DNA of 61,084 nucleotides from IMG/VR virus record IMGVR_UViG_3300032516_003835, positions 1 to 61,084 of that record, one strand, 5' to 3'. The notes beneath the pieces were generated by a model. It did no database searches. It saw only the letters and a program-made list of their open reading frames with translations, and had not been told where the DNA came from. Position 1 is the first letter of the stretch. Every line of letters starts with the position of its first letter. Below are positions 45,877 to 55,206 of this stretch, one piece after another. This DNA is from a virus (taxonomy: Duplodnaviria > Caudoviricetes). A program made the position numbers and the translations under genes.

Positions 45877-46248
45877 CTAGAACGTCAGCGACTTCTTCTG
45901 GTCTACCATGTCATGCATGGTAAGGCCCGCGAAGGCGGCCACGAACTCGGCGGCGTTGTCCTGCGTGACCAGGCCCCGCAGAAGGAGCCGAGCGTTCATG
46001 GCGGCGTCCTCCGTATCGTGGAGGTCCTCCAGCCATACCGCCCCGAGGGAGACGAGACCCCGCATGGCGTCCGCGACGGCGGCGAAGGCGTCAATCGGGA
46101 ACCGCTTACACCAGGCGCGAGCCATCGGGTCGAACTTGTAGCCGTCCGCCTTCAGGGTATCCTTGATGCTGTACGAGTCATCGACAACGACCTGCAGGTG
46201 TCGCGGACGGGCGTATACGATCACCTGGCCGATGCGGACATTCAGCAT
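45877..46248 (-). CDS. Hypothetical protein
   Basis: SY.IKD.LKA.GYKFDP....W motif; SD GAGGAGG. Confidence 0.7.
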   Translation of the reverse strand: MLNVRIGQVIVYARPRHLQVVVDDSYSIKDTLKADGYKFDPMARAWCKRFPIDAFAAVADAMRGLVSLGAVWLEDLHDTEDAAMNARLLLRGLVTQDNAAEFVAAFAGLTMHDMVDQKKSLTF

Positions 46249-46265
46249 TTCAGTTTCCTCCTCGG

Positions 46266-46393
46266 TGTTGATATCGTCAACTGCCTAACCTCATTCTATC
46301 ATATGTGTTGACGCTGTCAACAACATTCGGCGAGGAGTCCAGCGGGATCGACCTCCTGAGCGACCCCAGGACAGGCTGTTGATAGTGTCAACA
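46266..46393 (-). promoter_or_regulatory. Promoter with three palindromic operators
   Basis: TGTTGA-N5-TCAAC(A/T) at 46266, 46306 and 46377; TTGACA(46320-15)-N16-TAGAAT(46298-93) with TG extension. Confidence 0.7.
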
Positions 46394-46573
46394 GGTATTC
46401 ATAAAGGGCCCTGTTTTCCAGCGCGTCCTGGAGCCTCCTGGCGCGACGTTTACCAGGGCTTTTGTCAATCGCGTCAGTAATGAGTAGTTATGCGTCGAGG
46501 GGGAAGAAGGGCGAAAGACAAACGCCCTGGTAGATGAGGTTTGGTGGAAGCGGGAGGGGCGTGCCGGGAATCG

Positions 46574-46604
46574 AAAAAGGCCCCCACCGGTTAGGGTGGG
46601 GGCC
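46574..46604 (-). terminator. Late/lysis operon intrinsic terminator
   Basis: GGCCCCCACC..GGTGGGGGCC stem followed by TTTTT on the minus strand. Confidence 0.8.
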
Positions 46605-46650
46605 AGGGTGACTCTCGGGGATCGGACTCTCGGTGATGCGCTCAGTGTAG

Positions 46651-47085
46651 TTAGCCCCGAGGAGAGAGTTTGCCGAGATGCGTAGCGGAGGCGTCGCTCA
46701 GGGAGCGGGTCGGAGCGGCCAGGGAGACGATGCCCGAAGCGGGCCCGCCCCCATTGGCCGGCATGGGGTTCAGCATAGCGAGAATCCGCTCCTTGAATTT
46801 CTCCCAACCCATGATGGCGGCGAAGGCGACGGCGGCCGCGTTGACGAAGGCCAGGACGGCGGCCCAAGCGTCGAAGCCGCCGGCGTGGATGGCCACCAGA
46901 AACGCGAAGACCAGAGCCCAGAGGTAGGCGAGGGTCTGCGTCTTTAGGGTCGGGACTGGCTTCCGTTTCCGGAAGACCCAGGCGACGAGGTTGTCGAACA
47001 GGTCCTTAGTGACCTCGGTTAGGAGGATTACGGTCAGGACCGCCCCGAAGGGCGAGCCGATGAAGCTCCATCCCCAGAATTCCAC
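46651..47085 (-). CDS. Holin-like membrane protein
   Basis: Three hydrophobic segments; downstream of the endolysin; SD GGAGGTG. Confidence 0.65.
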   Translation of the reverse strand: MEFWGWSFIGSPFGAVLTVILLTEVTKDLFDNLVAWVFRKRKPVPTLKTQTLAYLWALVFAFLVAIHAGGFDAWAAVLAFVNAAAVAFAAIMGWEKFKERILAMLNPMPANGGGPASGIVSLAAPTRSLSDASATHLGKLSPRG

Positions 47086-47122
47086 GGTGTTCACCTCCCT
47101 TGCTAAAGTCATGGTGAGCGGC

Positions 47123-47767
47123 CTACTTCCGGAGCAGGCCCCAGAACCGCCAGAGCACGGTCAGGAGCCAGATTCGCGTCACCGGCGCCTCGCGGGGCAG
47201 CTCGCCGCCCTGGCCGGCGACCAGAGCCGGCCCCTTGTTGCCCAGGGGGTCCTTCGCCCAGCAGGCGGCGTCATACCCGTAGTGCTCCGGCCCGATGTCA
47301 GCGAACGGCGTAGCCGCGAAGGGCCGGGGGTCGATCCGGTTGTCCGCGGCCGGGCCCGGGCCCCGGACCGTGAGATGGAGATGGGGGCCGGTGGTGTTTG
47401 TCCCGCTATCCCCGGAAAGGCAGACGACGTCTCCAGCGGTGACGGTCTGGCCGGCCTTCGCGGAGGCCGCGGAGGCATAGACCTCGGACAGGTGGTGGTA
47501 GCCGGAGTGGTAGCCCCCGCCGTGGCCGAGCCAGAGGTACAGGCCCCCGCGTATGGTGGAGGATACCTCCCGGACTACCCCGTCAGCGATGGCCCGGACC
47601 GGGGTTCCGACAGGCACTTCGAAGTCTAAGCCCTTGTGTTGCCCCTTGCCCTTGTGCGGACCCGACGTCGCCTTGGGTTCCCAGTGATCGCCCCAGGCAT
47701 CGAACGCGGCCGAGAGTTTGGTCTCAGGGGCTACCGGGCTGATGAAGGGCGGTCTTAGCGCAGCCAT
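47123..47767 (-). CDS. Endolysin: M23 peptidase with C-terminal SLH-like domain
   Basis: HKGLDF.VPVGTPVRAIADG, YHHL, TTGPHLH, IDP; then FADIGPEHYGYDA..WA....APVTR. Confidence 0.85.
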   Translation of the reverse strand: MAALRPPFISPVAPETKLSAAFDAWGDHWEPKATSGPHKGKGQHKGLDFEVPVGTPVRAIADGVVREVSSTIRGGLYLWLGHGGGYHSGYHHLSEVYASAASAKAGQTVTAGDVVCLSGDSGTNTTGPHLHLTVRGPGPAADNRIDPRPFAATPFADIGPEHYGYDAACWAKDPLGNKGPALVAGQGGELPREAPVTRIWLLTVLWRFWGLLRK

Positions 47768-47991
47768 AGCCGCACCCCCAGGTCTACGACTACGCCGCAG
47801 AGGAGCAGGATCACGGCCACCAGGGTCGAGCCTACCTGCCTCCGCACGGCTCCGACCTCGTTCCGGAGTTCCCTGAGCGTGCCGTTTTGATCGGCCTGCC
47901 ACCGCTGCAGGTCCGTGATGGCCTGTCCATGCGCCCCGCACATAGCGAGGTCGAGCTTAGGCCGAACTTCGGCCGCCGTCACTCGCGCCAC
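47755..47991 (-). CDS. Small holin/XhlA-like protein
   Basis: Coiled coil with QNG and a C-terminal TM segment; first gene of the lysis block. Confidence 0.6.
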   Translation of the reverse strand: MARVTAAEVRPKLDLAMCGAHGQAITDLQRWQADQNGTLRELRNEVGAVRRQVGSTLVAVILLLCGVVVDLGVRLWLR

Positions 47992-48053
47992 CTCCGAGAA
48001 TCAGTGAGGGCCCCAAGCGGGGCCCATTTGTTGGCGAATACTCCTGGCTCACG

Positions 48054-49604
48054 CTACTTCAGCTTGTTCAGTGCGTCAGCGATGATCTGCTCGTCCGACG
48101 GCACCGGATCTCCGGCGTCGATCCTGGTCGTCCCGGCGTCCACGTCATGCTCAATCGCGGTCACGGGGAGGTTAGCGGTCTCCCGGAGGGGGTAGGTCCG
48201 AACCCCGGCCGACCACGTCTGCTCGTACCAGTAGAGCGGCAGAGCCTCGCCGAACCCGATTAGCGCGTTCAGCAAGACCGGCCCGGCGACCCGGAGCGGG
48301 TTCTGGGCGTAGGCGGCCAGGCGGGCGTCGGCCACGGCCTGGGCCTGAACCGCCGTGGTATCGACCGCGACTGAGATTGGCGGACCGTCGATGGCCGCGT
48401 TCGCCGCTGGCGCGCCCGCCGTCTTCACCGTGGTAGTCCCCTCGATCAGGACCCGGACGCGGTTGGGCCGGGGTCCGACCTGGGCCTCCCAAGCGGGCGT
48501 CGCGACGAAGCGGAAATGGGGGCTGACGCCGTAGACGACTTGGAGGTCTCGGCCGTAGCCCCTCCCGCTGAGGTCGAAGCGGACGTCGAGGTCCCGGCCG
48601 ATGACGGCTCCGGCGGCGTAGCGGATCTCAAGGTCCCGGCCGATGACGGCTCCGGCGGCGTAGCGGATCTCAAGGTCCCGGCCGACCACGCCGCCAGCAC
48701 CATAGCGGACGTCCAGGTCCCGTCCGACGTCGAGAACGTAGCTGACATCCAACTTGGGCCGGTAGGGCGCCGTCGAGTTGTCGGCGGAGCCAATATTGAA
48801 CATCATGTCGCCGCTGGGAGTGTGCGGGGCCGCGTCGTAGTGGCCCTTGACTCCGAAGCGGCTCACGACGGTCTTCGAGATGTCGGTGAAGGCGGTCAGG
48901 GTGATCGTCTTGGCCCCGGTCGTAGTGCAACCGGTTTCTCCGCGAACCGTGGTACCGATCTGGTCGAAATCGTCCTCCACCATGGGATTGCTGCCGGTAT
49001 AGGGTCCGACTATGGAAATGCTGTCGCCGTTCGCGTAAACCGTGGTCACGTAAACGTGAACGTGCGCCAGGGTGATCCGGCAGGTGTCCGGCAGGCCCGT
49101 GGCATCGAAGGGAATCATGCCACGGTAGACATAATAGGTCGAACTGGAGTAATCGACTCCAATGATCAGAGCCGCGTAGTCGATGTTGTGCGTGAAAGTG
49201 CCCGTCGTGGCGGCCCTCGCCGTGGCGTAGACGGCATGGCTAGCCCAGACGTGCCTGTCGTTCGTCCCGGCGGTGATCTGGGCGAGGTCCGTCGCCGCCA
49301 TGAGCGGGGCGGGCAGGAGGCCCAGGCCGAATCTGAGCGGAGGAGGCGCGGAGCACCGCTGCCGGAAGCGGCCCGGCGAGACTTTCTCCACCTTGACCCA
49401 GTTGCCAGTCAGGGTATGAATGTAGGCCCCGTCGATGTAGCCAGCGGCGTTCTTCTCGCTGTGCGCGTAGACGCGGGGAAGACGGAGAAGACCGAAGGAA
49501 CCCAGGCGGACAAGGCGAGCCAGAAGCCGCACGGCCCGGTAAGGCGCGGTCTCAGGCCAGTGGCCCCGCCTCCATGTCTCGGCTAGCGCGGCTAGGGGTC
49601 TCAC
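48054..49604 (-). CDS. Minor tail / receptor-binding protein (DNRLRE-like domain, 14-aa repeats)
   Basis: YRG.I.FD...LP....I..A...Y...RPKL.V.Y; GRDL..RY repeats; GTGA overlap start. Confidence 0.7.
   Translation of the reverse strand: MRPLAALAETWRRGHWPETAPYRAVRLLARLVRLGSFGLLRLPRVYAHSEKNAAGYIDGAYIHTLTGNWVKVEKVSPGRFRQRCSAPPPLRFGLGLLPAPLMAATDLAQITAGTNDRHVWASHAVYATARAATTGTFTHNIDYAALIIGVDYSSSTYYVYRGMIPFDATGLPDTCRITLAHVHVYVTTVYANGDSISIVGPYTGSNPMVEDDFDQIGTTVRGETGCTTTGAKTITLTAFTDISKTVVSRFGVKGHYDAAPHTPSGDMMFNIGSADNSTAPYRPKLDVSYVLDVGRDLDVRYGAGGVVGRDLEIRYAAGAVIGRDLEIRYAAGAVIGRDLDVRFDLSGRGYGRDLQVVYGVSPHFRFVATPAWEAQVGPRPNRVRVLIEGTTTVKTAGAPAANAAIDGPPISVAVDTTAVQAQAVADARLAAYAQNPLRVAGPVLLNALIGFGEALPLYWYEQTWSAGVRTYPLRETANLPVTAIEHDVDAGTTRIDAGDPVPSDEQIIADALNKLK
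48589..48685. repeat. 42-bp tandem repeat (2.3 exact copies)
   Basis: AGGTCCCGGCCGATGACGGCTCCGGCGGCGTAGCGGATCTCA at 48589 and 48631, partial at 48673. Confidence 0.9.
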
Positions 49605-50107
49605 GCGTCGGATCCGCCTTCGAACGCGATGACGAAGGAATCCGTCGAGAACCCCGTGCAACCGGCCGTGACGGTAAGCTCGGTCCAGACGCAGTACCAC
49701 TGGGTTGTCGGGACATCCAGCATGGTGAGCGGGGCGGCCGAACTCGGCAGGCTGAAGGTGACTCCCGACGGGGCGCAGGTCTCATCTAGGATGGTGGTTC
49801 CCGTGGAGTAGAGCCCGACGGGGTCGAGACCCATCTTGGCGTTGGTCCCAGCCGAAGGCGTGTTCGTTCTGATCCAGGTATTGGGAGTCTGCCACGGGTA
49901 GCCGGTCGAGGCGTTCTGGACGTAGAAGGCCCTGTACTTGACGCACCCGGCCAGGGCCTCGGCCCCGGTGATGTCGTCGTAGAGTTCCGTCGCCGAGGCG
50001 GAGATTATGGCATGGGATGAGATCGTGCCGCCCAGCGATAGGTCGGGGTTAGCGTTCGCCGCGCCACCGGACAGGTGAAAATGGATCTCGGTATCTATGA
50101 TGGGCAT
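49601..50107 (-). CDS. Minor tail/virion structural protein
   Basis: SGGAAN..P..SLGG.IS, L.DD.TG.E...G...YR..YV.N pattern typical of tail-region proteins. Confidence 0.7.
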   Translation of the reverse strand: MPIIDTEIHFHLSGGAANANPDLSLGGTISSHAIISASATELYDDITGAEALAGCVKYRAFYVQNASTGYPWQTPNTWIRTNTPSAGTNAKMGLDPVGLYSTGTTILDETCAPSGVTFSLPSSAAPLTMLDVPTTQWYCVWTELTVTAGCTGFSTDSFVIAFEGGSDA

Positions 50108-50124
50108 CGTAGGACCTCCCTCGA

Positions 50125-51762
50125 TCAGGGGGCCACCTGGCCCCGGATGGCGCAGTAACTGGAGACGGGCATGTCTGTGGTTTTCATCATCCAGGTTTTC
50201 GGTGGGTCGGTGTCGGCGGCCACCCAGAACATGGCGTGGACCAGTGGCCTCACGAACTTGAAGGCATCCATCAGGGTCTTCCCGAGGACGTCCATGGGTC
50301 CGGCCAGACCGAGGGAGACATTGATCCCGGACGGGTCGAGGTCGGTGGCGTAGAGGCTGACCAGGTCGTAAAGATGCTGCCCGTAATCCTGGGAGCAGGT
50401 GGCCGTCGTCACGATCATGCGGTGAACCAATTTCGCGTCCGGCAGGTAGCAGTCGTAGGCGAACACGTTGGCGTCGATCCTCGCCGGGTCACCCTCGACC
50501 CAGCCGGTGAACTGCTTCTGGTTTCCGTCGCCGTCCCGGATCGCGAGAGTCATTTCCTCGCCGCGCATGGGCATTTCGCTGGAGGCGACGTCGGCCAGGC
50601 TGAACCGCATCCAGCCAAGTTCCCCGTTGGTGGTCTGCCTGGTCTTCACCCCGAAGGCATTCGCCGTCCAATCGGTGGCCGCGGAATCCACGAGGGCGAA
50701 CCGCTGGGCCACGGAGAGGATGACGCGGAGTTGCCGGGTGGCTGACCAGTCGCCGTAGTCGGCTATGTCGGCGTCCCAGGAGCAGGCCCGCCAGTAAAAC
50801 CACCTGGTGGCCCAGGCGCCGGGAACCGGCGAGACGTAGCGGCAGCGGGCGGTGACGGGAGCCCCACCTACGGGCAGGGCTACCCAGGCCGCGCCGTTCC
50901 AATAGGTCCAGCCGGCCTGATCGAGCTTCGAGTTCAGATCGAACTCCGGCGAGGTCCAGACGTTGGTCCGGTTGGCCTGGATCCGTGGGAACCAGACCGT
51001 ATCCGTGCAGCCCGCGTCCTGGACCGGGTCGAGCTCGAAGGCCAGGGCCGACCGGGCCTTGGTGTCGAGGTTGATCGGCGTGACCTGCTCGGCCCCGAGG
51101 GCGGCGGTGACGATGATTTCGACATAGACGTCTACCGCGTCAGGGGCCCCAACGAGGGACCCATCCACGTTGATCGTAAGGGTAACCGTCGAGTCCGGCG
51201 AGACGGAGGCGGCGATGTCGTACCAGCCGGTTTCGACCCCGTTGTTGAGGTCGCCGGTATAGCCGTACTGGGAGGCGCCGATGTGGACGTGGGGGTCATG
51301 GGTTTGGGAGGTAAGGAGCTTGCGCCACTGCGTGGATATAGAGAAGGCATACGTGTAGGCGGTGACATGCAGGGCCGAATGCTGCGATGAGGTCGCCGAG
51401 ACGAACGCGTTTGCGGTGACCGTCGCGCCGGTGCCCGATCCCGACTGAGAGGCGACTGCCCCGCCAATGCTTGCGGACACAGAGTAAGTATCAGAGCCGC
51501 CCGAGGAGACAGTTGACGTAGCCAATCCCGAAAGGAACGTGTACCCAGTAGGATAGCTGACCATCAGGCCCATGGAGGTCGTTATCCCCGGGCTACCACT
51601 TCCCGACTCTGAGTCACTCGTGGTTTGGTAGTCATAGAACGACACGGCCTTGCCCCGGAATTTGACTCGCGCCGACACAAGGGTTCCCTTGGGCAGCACG
51701 TAGGAGAGGGTGGAGTTATTGGTCTTGGTGACGTAGCCGCCCGAGCCGTAGGTCGTAGACAT
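50125..51762 (-). CDS. Minor tail protein (Ser/Thr-rich N-terminus, hub-like C-terminus)
   Basis: Position after the Dit-like gene; beta-rich; SD GGAGG before ATG 51762. Confidence 0.7.
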   Translation of the reverse strand: MSTTYGSGGYVTKTNNSTLSYVLPKGTLVSARVKFRGKAVSFYDYQTTSDSESGSGSPGITTSMGLMVSYPTGYTFLSGLATSTVSSGGSDTYSVSASIGGAVASQSGSGTGATVTANAFVSATSSQHSALHVTAYTYAFSISTQWRKLLTSQTHDPHVHIGASQYGYTGDLNNGVETGWYDIAASVSPDSTVTLTINVDGSLVGAPDAVDVYVEIIVTAALGAEQVTPINLDTKARSALAFELDPVQDAGCTDTVWFPRIQANRTNVWTSPEFDLNSKLDQAGWTYWNGAAWVALPVGGAPVTARCRYVSPVPGAWATRWFYWRACSWDADIADYGDWSATRQLRVILSVAQRFALVDSAATDWTANAFGVKTRQTTNGELGWMRFSLADVASSEMPMRGEEMTLAIRDGDGNQKQFTGWVEGDPARIDANVFAYDCYLPDAKLVHRMIVTTATCSQDYGQHLYDLVSLYATDLDPSGINVSLGLAGPMDVLGKTLMDAFKFVRPLVHAMFWVAADTDPPKTWMMKTTDMPVSSYCAIRGQVAP

Positions 51763-51771
51763 GGGACCTCC

Positions 51772-51803
51772 AAAGAGAAGACCCCGCCTCAATGGGCGGG
51801 GTC
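51772..51803 (-). terminator. Moron terminator
   Basis: GACCCCGCC/GGCGGGGTC stem plus TTCTCTTT. Confidence 0.7.
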
Positions 51804-51829
51804 AGGGGAACAACGCGGGAGCGGAACGC

Positions 51830-52243
51830 TTAAGGCATGGCCCAGGAGCCAAGGGTGATCGTGACCGGAAGGTTCGTCTCGTAGTTGAGCCAACAACAGG
51901 TCAATGATACCTCGCCCGCATAGTGGCCATCGGCAAAGCGGAGAATGCGGTCCTCACCGGGCAGAAGGGTGCGGAATGCGCCCCACCACTGAGGCGGGGG
52001 ACCGTAGCCGTGCCAGTTCAGTGTAGGAGAGGGGCCAGTGACGTCGATGGGACGGTCTAAGCCATTATGAACCACGTAGTAGAGGGCATCTCCGCCGGGG
52101 GTCTTGACTACGGACAGCAGCGTAGCGGAAACGCCGCAGGAGTCGGCGCTTCCCCCAAATCGAGAGAGCGTCGAAGCCGACACCGGAGCCGCCAGCAGCG
52201 CGACGGCCAGGACGACGGCTAGGATGAGAGCGAATCTTCTCAC
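51830..52243 (-). CDS. Secreted moron protein
   Basis: Signal peptide RRFALILAVVLAVALLAAPVSA; own extended -10 TGGTATGAT (52286-78) and terminator. Confidence 0.65.
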   Translation of the reverse strand: MRRFALILAVVLAVALLAAPVSASTLSRFGGSADSCGVSATLLSVVKTPGGDALYYVVHNGLDRPIDVTGPSPTLNWHGYGPPPQWWGAFRTLLPGEDRILRFADGHYAGEVSLTCCWLNYETNLPVTITLGSWAMP

Positions 52244-52321
52244 GCGCTTTCCCTCCTCTGGGAATCTCTGCGACCCCATCATACCAGTTTCCCAGAGGAA
52301 TGCCACAGCCTCCAGCCCCGA

Positions 52322-52714
52322 CTAGAACACCGTCAGCCAGTCGCTATCCCAGGTGGGCCTCGGATCAGGGCAGACTATCTCCAGCCTGCATTTCCGATGG
52401 CCCGGCCCCGCCGGACCCCAGACCGGCCGCTGGATGCGAGCGCAGGTGTAGACCTCGTAGTCGTCGTAGCAGGGCACGACGAGGTCTCCCGTAACCCCGG
52501 AGTTGAAGAGCTGTTGGTAGGCGACGTACTGCGCTTTCGTGCTTGGCTCCACGGTCACGGAGAAGGTCATGGGGCGGCGGGAGTCGTCCACTGATAGCTC
52601 CCCGTCCACCCCAGGAGGGCGGAACGCGTTGACGTCGTAGCCGCCCTCGAAACTCCAGTCGGGGCAGACCAGGAGGGTAACGCCGTTGAAGGACCACTCC
52701 ATCATGGCGGCCAT
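52322..52714 (-). CDS. Distal tail (Dit)-like protein
   Basis: Follows the tape measure gene; FNG...PGVDG...R.MTF...L.I.CPDP. Confidence 0.65.
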   Translation of the reverse strand: MAAMMEWSFNGVTLLVCPDWSFEGGYDVNAFRPPGVDGELSVDDSRRPMTFSVTVEPSTKAQYVAYQQLFNSGVTGDLVVPCYDDYEVYTCARIQRPVWGPAGPGHRKCRLEIVCPDPRPTWDSDWLTVF

Positions 52715-54840
52715 TAGGACACCCCCGGAACCATGTTCGCCTTGAGAGTGCGGGCCAGGCCCCGACCCCACCGCGCGCCGACTTCCTCAGCCTCAGAGGC
52801 CCTGACGTTGGGAAAGCTCGGGTTGATCGTAACGTGCTGAACAACCCCGCCCAGGCCCATGCCGGGCTTCACGGGAATGACCATCTCATCATAGAGACCC
52901 TCGCCCAGGTTGTAGAGTCTGCCGCCGGGCGTCCGGGGGACGTAGGCCCCATCCGCCGCGCCGGGAATGCCGGTCTCCGTGCGGAGTGCGGACAGGTCGG
53001 GAATCATGGTCTGCATGAACGTCTCGGCCTGCTCCCGCGTGACCGGGGTTCCGAGGGCGGCCATGCGCTCCATGTAGTGCCCGACGGCCTCCTCGTACCT
53101 GGCGGCCCAGTCGCTACCCTCGGCCGTGGTCCTGAGCATGAGTCCGCCCTGGCCTGCGGCAACCTCGGCGGGGTCGGGGGCCAGGGCGTCGAGGGCCTTC
53201 TTCGTCTCCTCCGCCTGAACCTGGAGGCTGAGCAGTTCCTCCCTGACGGCCCGCGTGACCTCGGCGTCCTTGCCCTTGGTCTTGACGAGGTTCTCCCAGA
53301 CCGCCTGAACCTCGGTGATCTGCTTTGTGAGCGAGTCATACTCTTCGGTAAGGTGGGCCGTCTCGGCGGCCTGGAACTCGGCCGAGCCCTCGGTGCCCCG
53401 GAAGCGGTTCTGCCAGAGAGTCCAGGTCTGATCGAGGAATCTCAGGTCCTGGGCCAGGACGGCAAAGCGTTTGGTGAGGGTTTCAAGGAGGTTGTCGGGT
53501 TCGCCTCCGCCGGGTGGAGGTGTCTCGACCTTCGGCTTCGTCCAGGAGCCCATGGCGCGAAGTGGCGGCTTTAGCCCGGCGACCTTGCTCCATTCGATAT
53601 TCATCTTGGTCAGGTAGGTCATGTGCGTGAACGTCAGGCGGGAAACGGCCGCATTGGCGGCAGCCGCTTCCTCGGCCGTCTCCTTCAACGCGGCGGCTAC
53701 GCGAAGCTGGGCCGCCTCTCCTCCCCGAGCGCTGGCCGTGGCGTCGTCCAGCACCTCGGTGTATTGCGCGACCTCGGAGGATGCGCCCCCCCATGCGTCG
53801 CCGGCGAGAGCCAGGGCTCCGAGTAGGGCGATGGCGATTCCCAGGGGCCCCATGGCGACCCTTACGGCCGTCCCGAGGACGGTAGCCCCCGCCGCGGCGG
53901 CCGTCATTCCGGTGGCTGCCGTGAGTCCCGATGCCCCCAGGCCAGTGACGAGGAGAGTCGCCTGGGCGAGGACCTGGGCGAGAGCGCCGGAGGCGTTGGT
54001 CACGAACATCAGGATCGCCCCGGTGGCCCTGATCGCGAAAGTGGTGACGATGATGGTTCCCAGGACCTTGAAAGCCGTCCCGATCTCCGGCAGGTGGCCG
54101 AGGGTCCATTCGAGGAACCGCTGCGCGGGCGGGAGAAGGCCGCCAAGGATGGCCTGGCCTGTGGCCATGGCCACAGACCTCACCGTCTCCAGCGTGTCCC
54201 TGAATTTATCATTGGCCTGGATCGTCTCGTCCGAGAGCACCAGACCGAGTTCATGGGCCCGGGCGGACAACTCGGCGATGCCATCTGCGCCCTGATTGAG
54301 GAGCGGCAGGAGCTCCGAGGCGCCCCGGCCAAACACTTTCATGGCCAGACCGTCGCGGAGCGCCCCGGGCTCCATGGCGGCAAGCTGAGCCAGCGTCTCG
54401 TCGAAAATGTCCTGGGTGGCCCGGAGTTCGCCGCCGACATCATAGATCGAGACACCCAGGCGGTCGAACGCCTCCTTCTGAGCCTCGCCCCCGAGCTCCG
54501 CCCCCAGCATCATGCGGGTCATGGCCGACACGGCGGAACCGAGGGACTCCACAGCCACGTCGGATTGCTCCGCCGCGAACTTGAGTTCCTGGAGGCGAGT
54601 CCGGGAGATGCCCGTCCGCTGAGACATGACGTCGATGGCCTCCGAGGCGGCGGTGAACCGGCCGACAAGGGCCACGATCCCGTAGGCGCCCAGGAGCCCG
54701 CCGGCCCAGCGGGCGGCGGTCTTAATCATCGCCCCGAGCCGCTGATCTACGCCGGCGGCCCTGCGGTCGAGCCGGTCCAGGCTGGTGCCGGCGGCGGAGT
54801 CATCGACCAGGACCTTGCCCCACAGTCTGAAAATCTCCAA
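52714..54840 (-). CDS. Tail tape measure protein
   Basis: MEIFRLWG.V.VD start; SQRTGIS...LQEL.FAA, F.RLGVS, FGR....LLPLL; Ala/Gly-rich. Confidence 0.88.
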   Translation of the reverse strand: MEIFRLWGKVLVDDSAAGTSLDRLDRRAAGVDQRLGAMIKTAARWAGGLLGAYGIVALVGRFTAASEAIDVMSQRTGISRTRLQELKFAAEQSDVAVESLGSAVSAMTRMMLGAELGGEAQKEAFDRLGVSIYDVGGELRATQDIFDETLAQLAAMEPGALRDGLAMKVFGRGASELLPLLNQGADGIAELSARAHELGLVLSDETIQANDKFRDTLETVRSVAMATGQAILGGLLPPAQRFLEWTLGHLPEIGTAFKVLGTIIVTTFAIRATGAILMFVTNASGALAQVLAQATLLVTGLGASGLTAATGMTAAAAGATVLGTAVRVAMGPLGIAIALLGALALAGDAWGGASSEVAQYTEVLDDATASARGGEAAQLRVAAALKETAEEAAAANAAVSRLTFTHMTYLTKMNIEWSKVAGLKPPLRAMGSWTKPKVETPPPGGGEPDNLLETLTKRFAVLAQDLRFLDQTWTLWQNRFRGTEGSAEFQAAETAHLTEEYDSLTKQITEVQAVWENLVKTKGKDAEVTRAVREELLSLQVQAEETKKALDALAPDPAEVAAGQGGLMLRTTAEGSDWAARYEEAVGHYMERMAALGTPVTREQAETFMQTMIPDLSALRTETGIPGAADGAYVPRTPGGRLYNLGEGLYDEMVIPVKPGMGLGGVVQHVTINPSFPNVRASEAEEVGARWGRGLARTLKANMVPGVS

Positions 54841-54843
54841 GGT

Positions 54844-55206
54844 CTACGCCTCCCCCCGCGCGGCTTCGGCCGCGGCCCGCTTGCGCTCGATCTTCTCCCG
54901 GATCAGCCGGGCCTTCGCTAGGAGCTCGGCCTCCGGTGTCCGGGAGATCGAAGGCAGCCGGCCCGTAATCCGCCGGCGAAACTCCTCGTAGCCGATATGG
55001 TCCTTCTTGTCGGTAACGCGCTGGAGCCGGATGAGGTAGAGGTCCCAGGTCCGCTCCTCGGTCTGCCCCTCCTCCCCGGCCGTCATGGCGCGGGAGATGA
55101 GAGGCAGGCCCTCGCTGAGAGGTAGGTCTAGGACGTAGGCGGGGTTCGGGTAGCGCCGGCAGATGGCGTCGAGGAGGCCCGTATCGTCGGCCGCGGCAGC
55201 AGTTCT
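54844..55206 (-). CDS. Tail assembly chaperone, -1 frameshift extension (gpGT-like)
   Basis: The -1 frame is open from the slippery site (RTAAAADDTGLLDAICRRYPNP..) into ORF 54844..55086. Confidence 0.75.
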   Translation of the reverse strand, partial: RTAAAADDTGLLDAICRRYPNPAYVLDLPLSEGLPLISRAMTAGEEGQTEERTWDLYLIRLQRVTDKKDHIGYEEFRRRITGRLPSISRTPEAELLAKARLIREKIERKRAAAEAARGEA

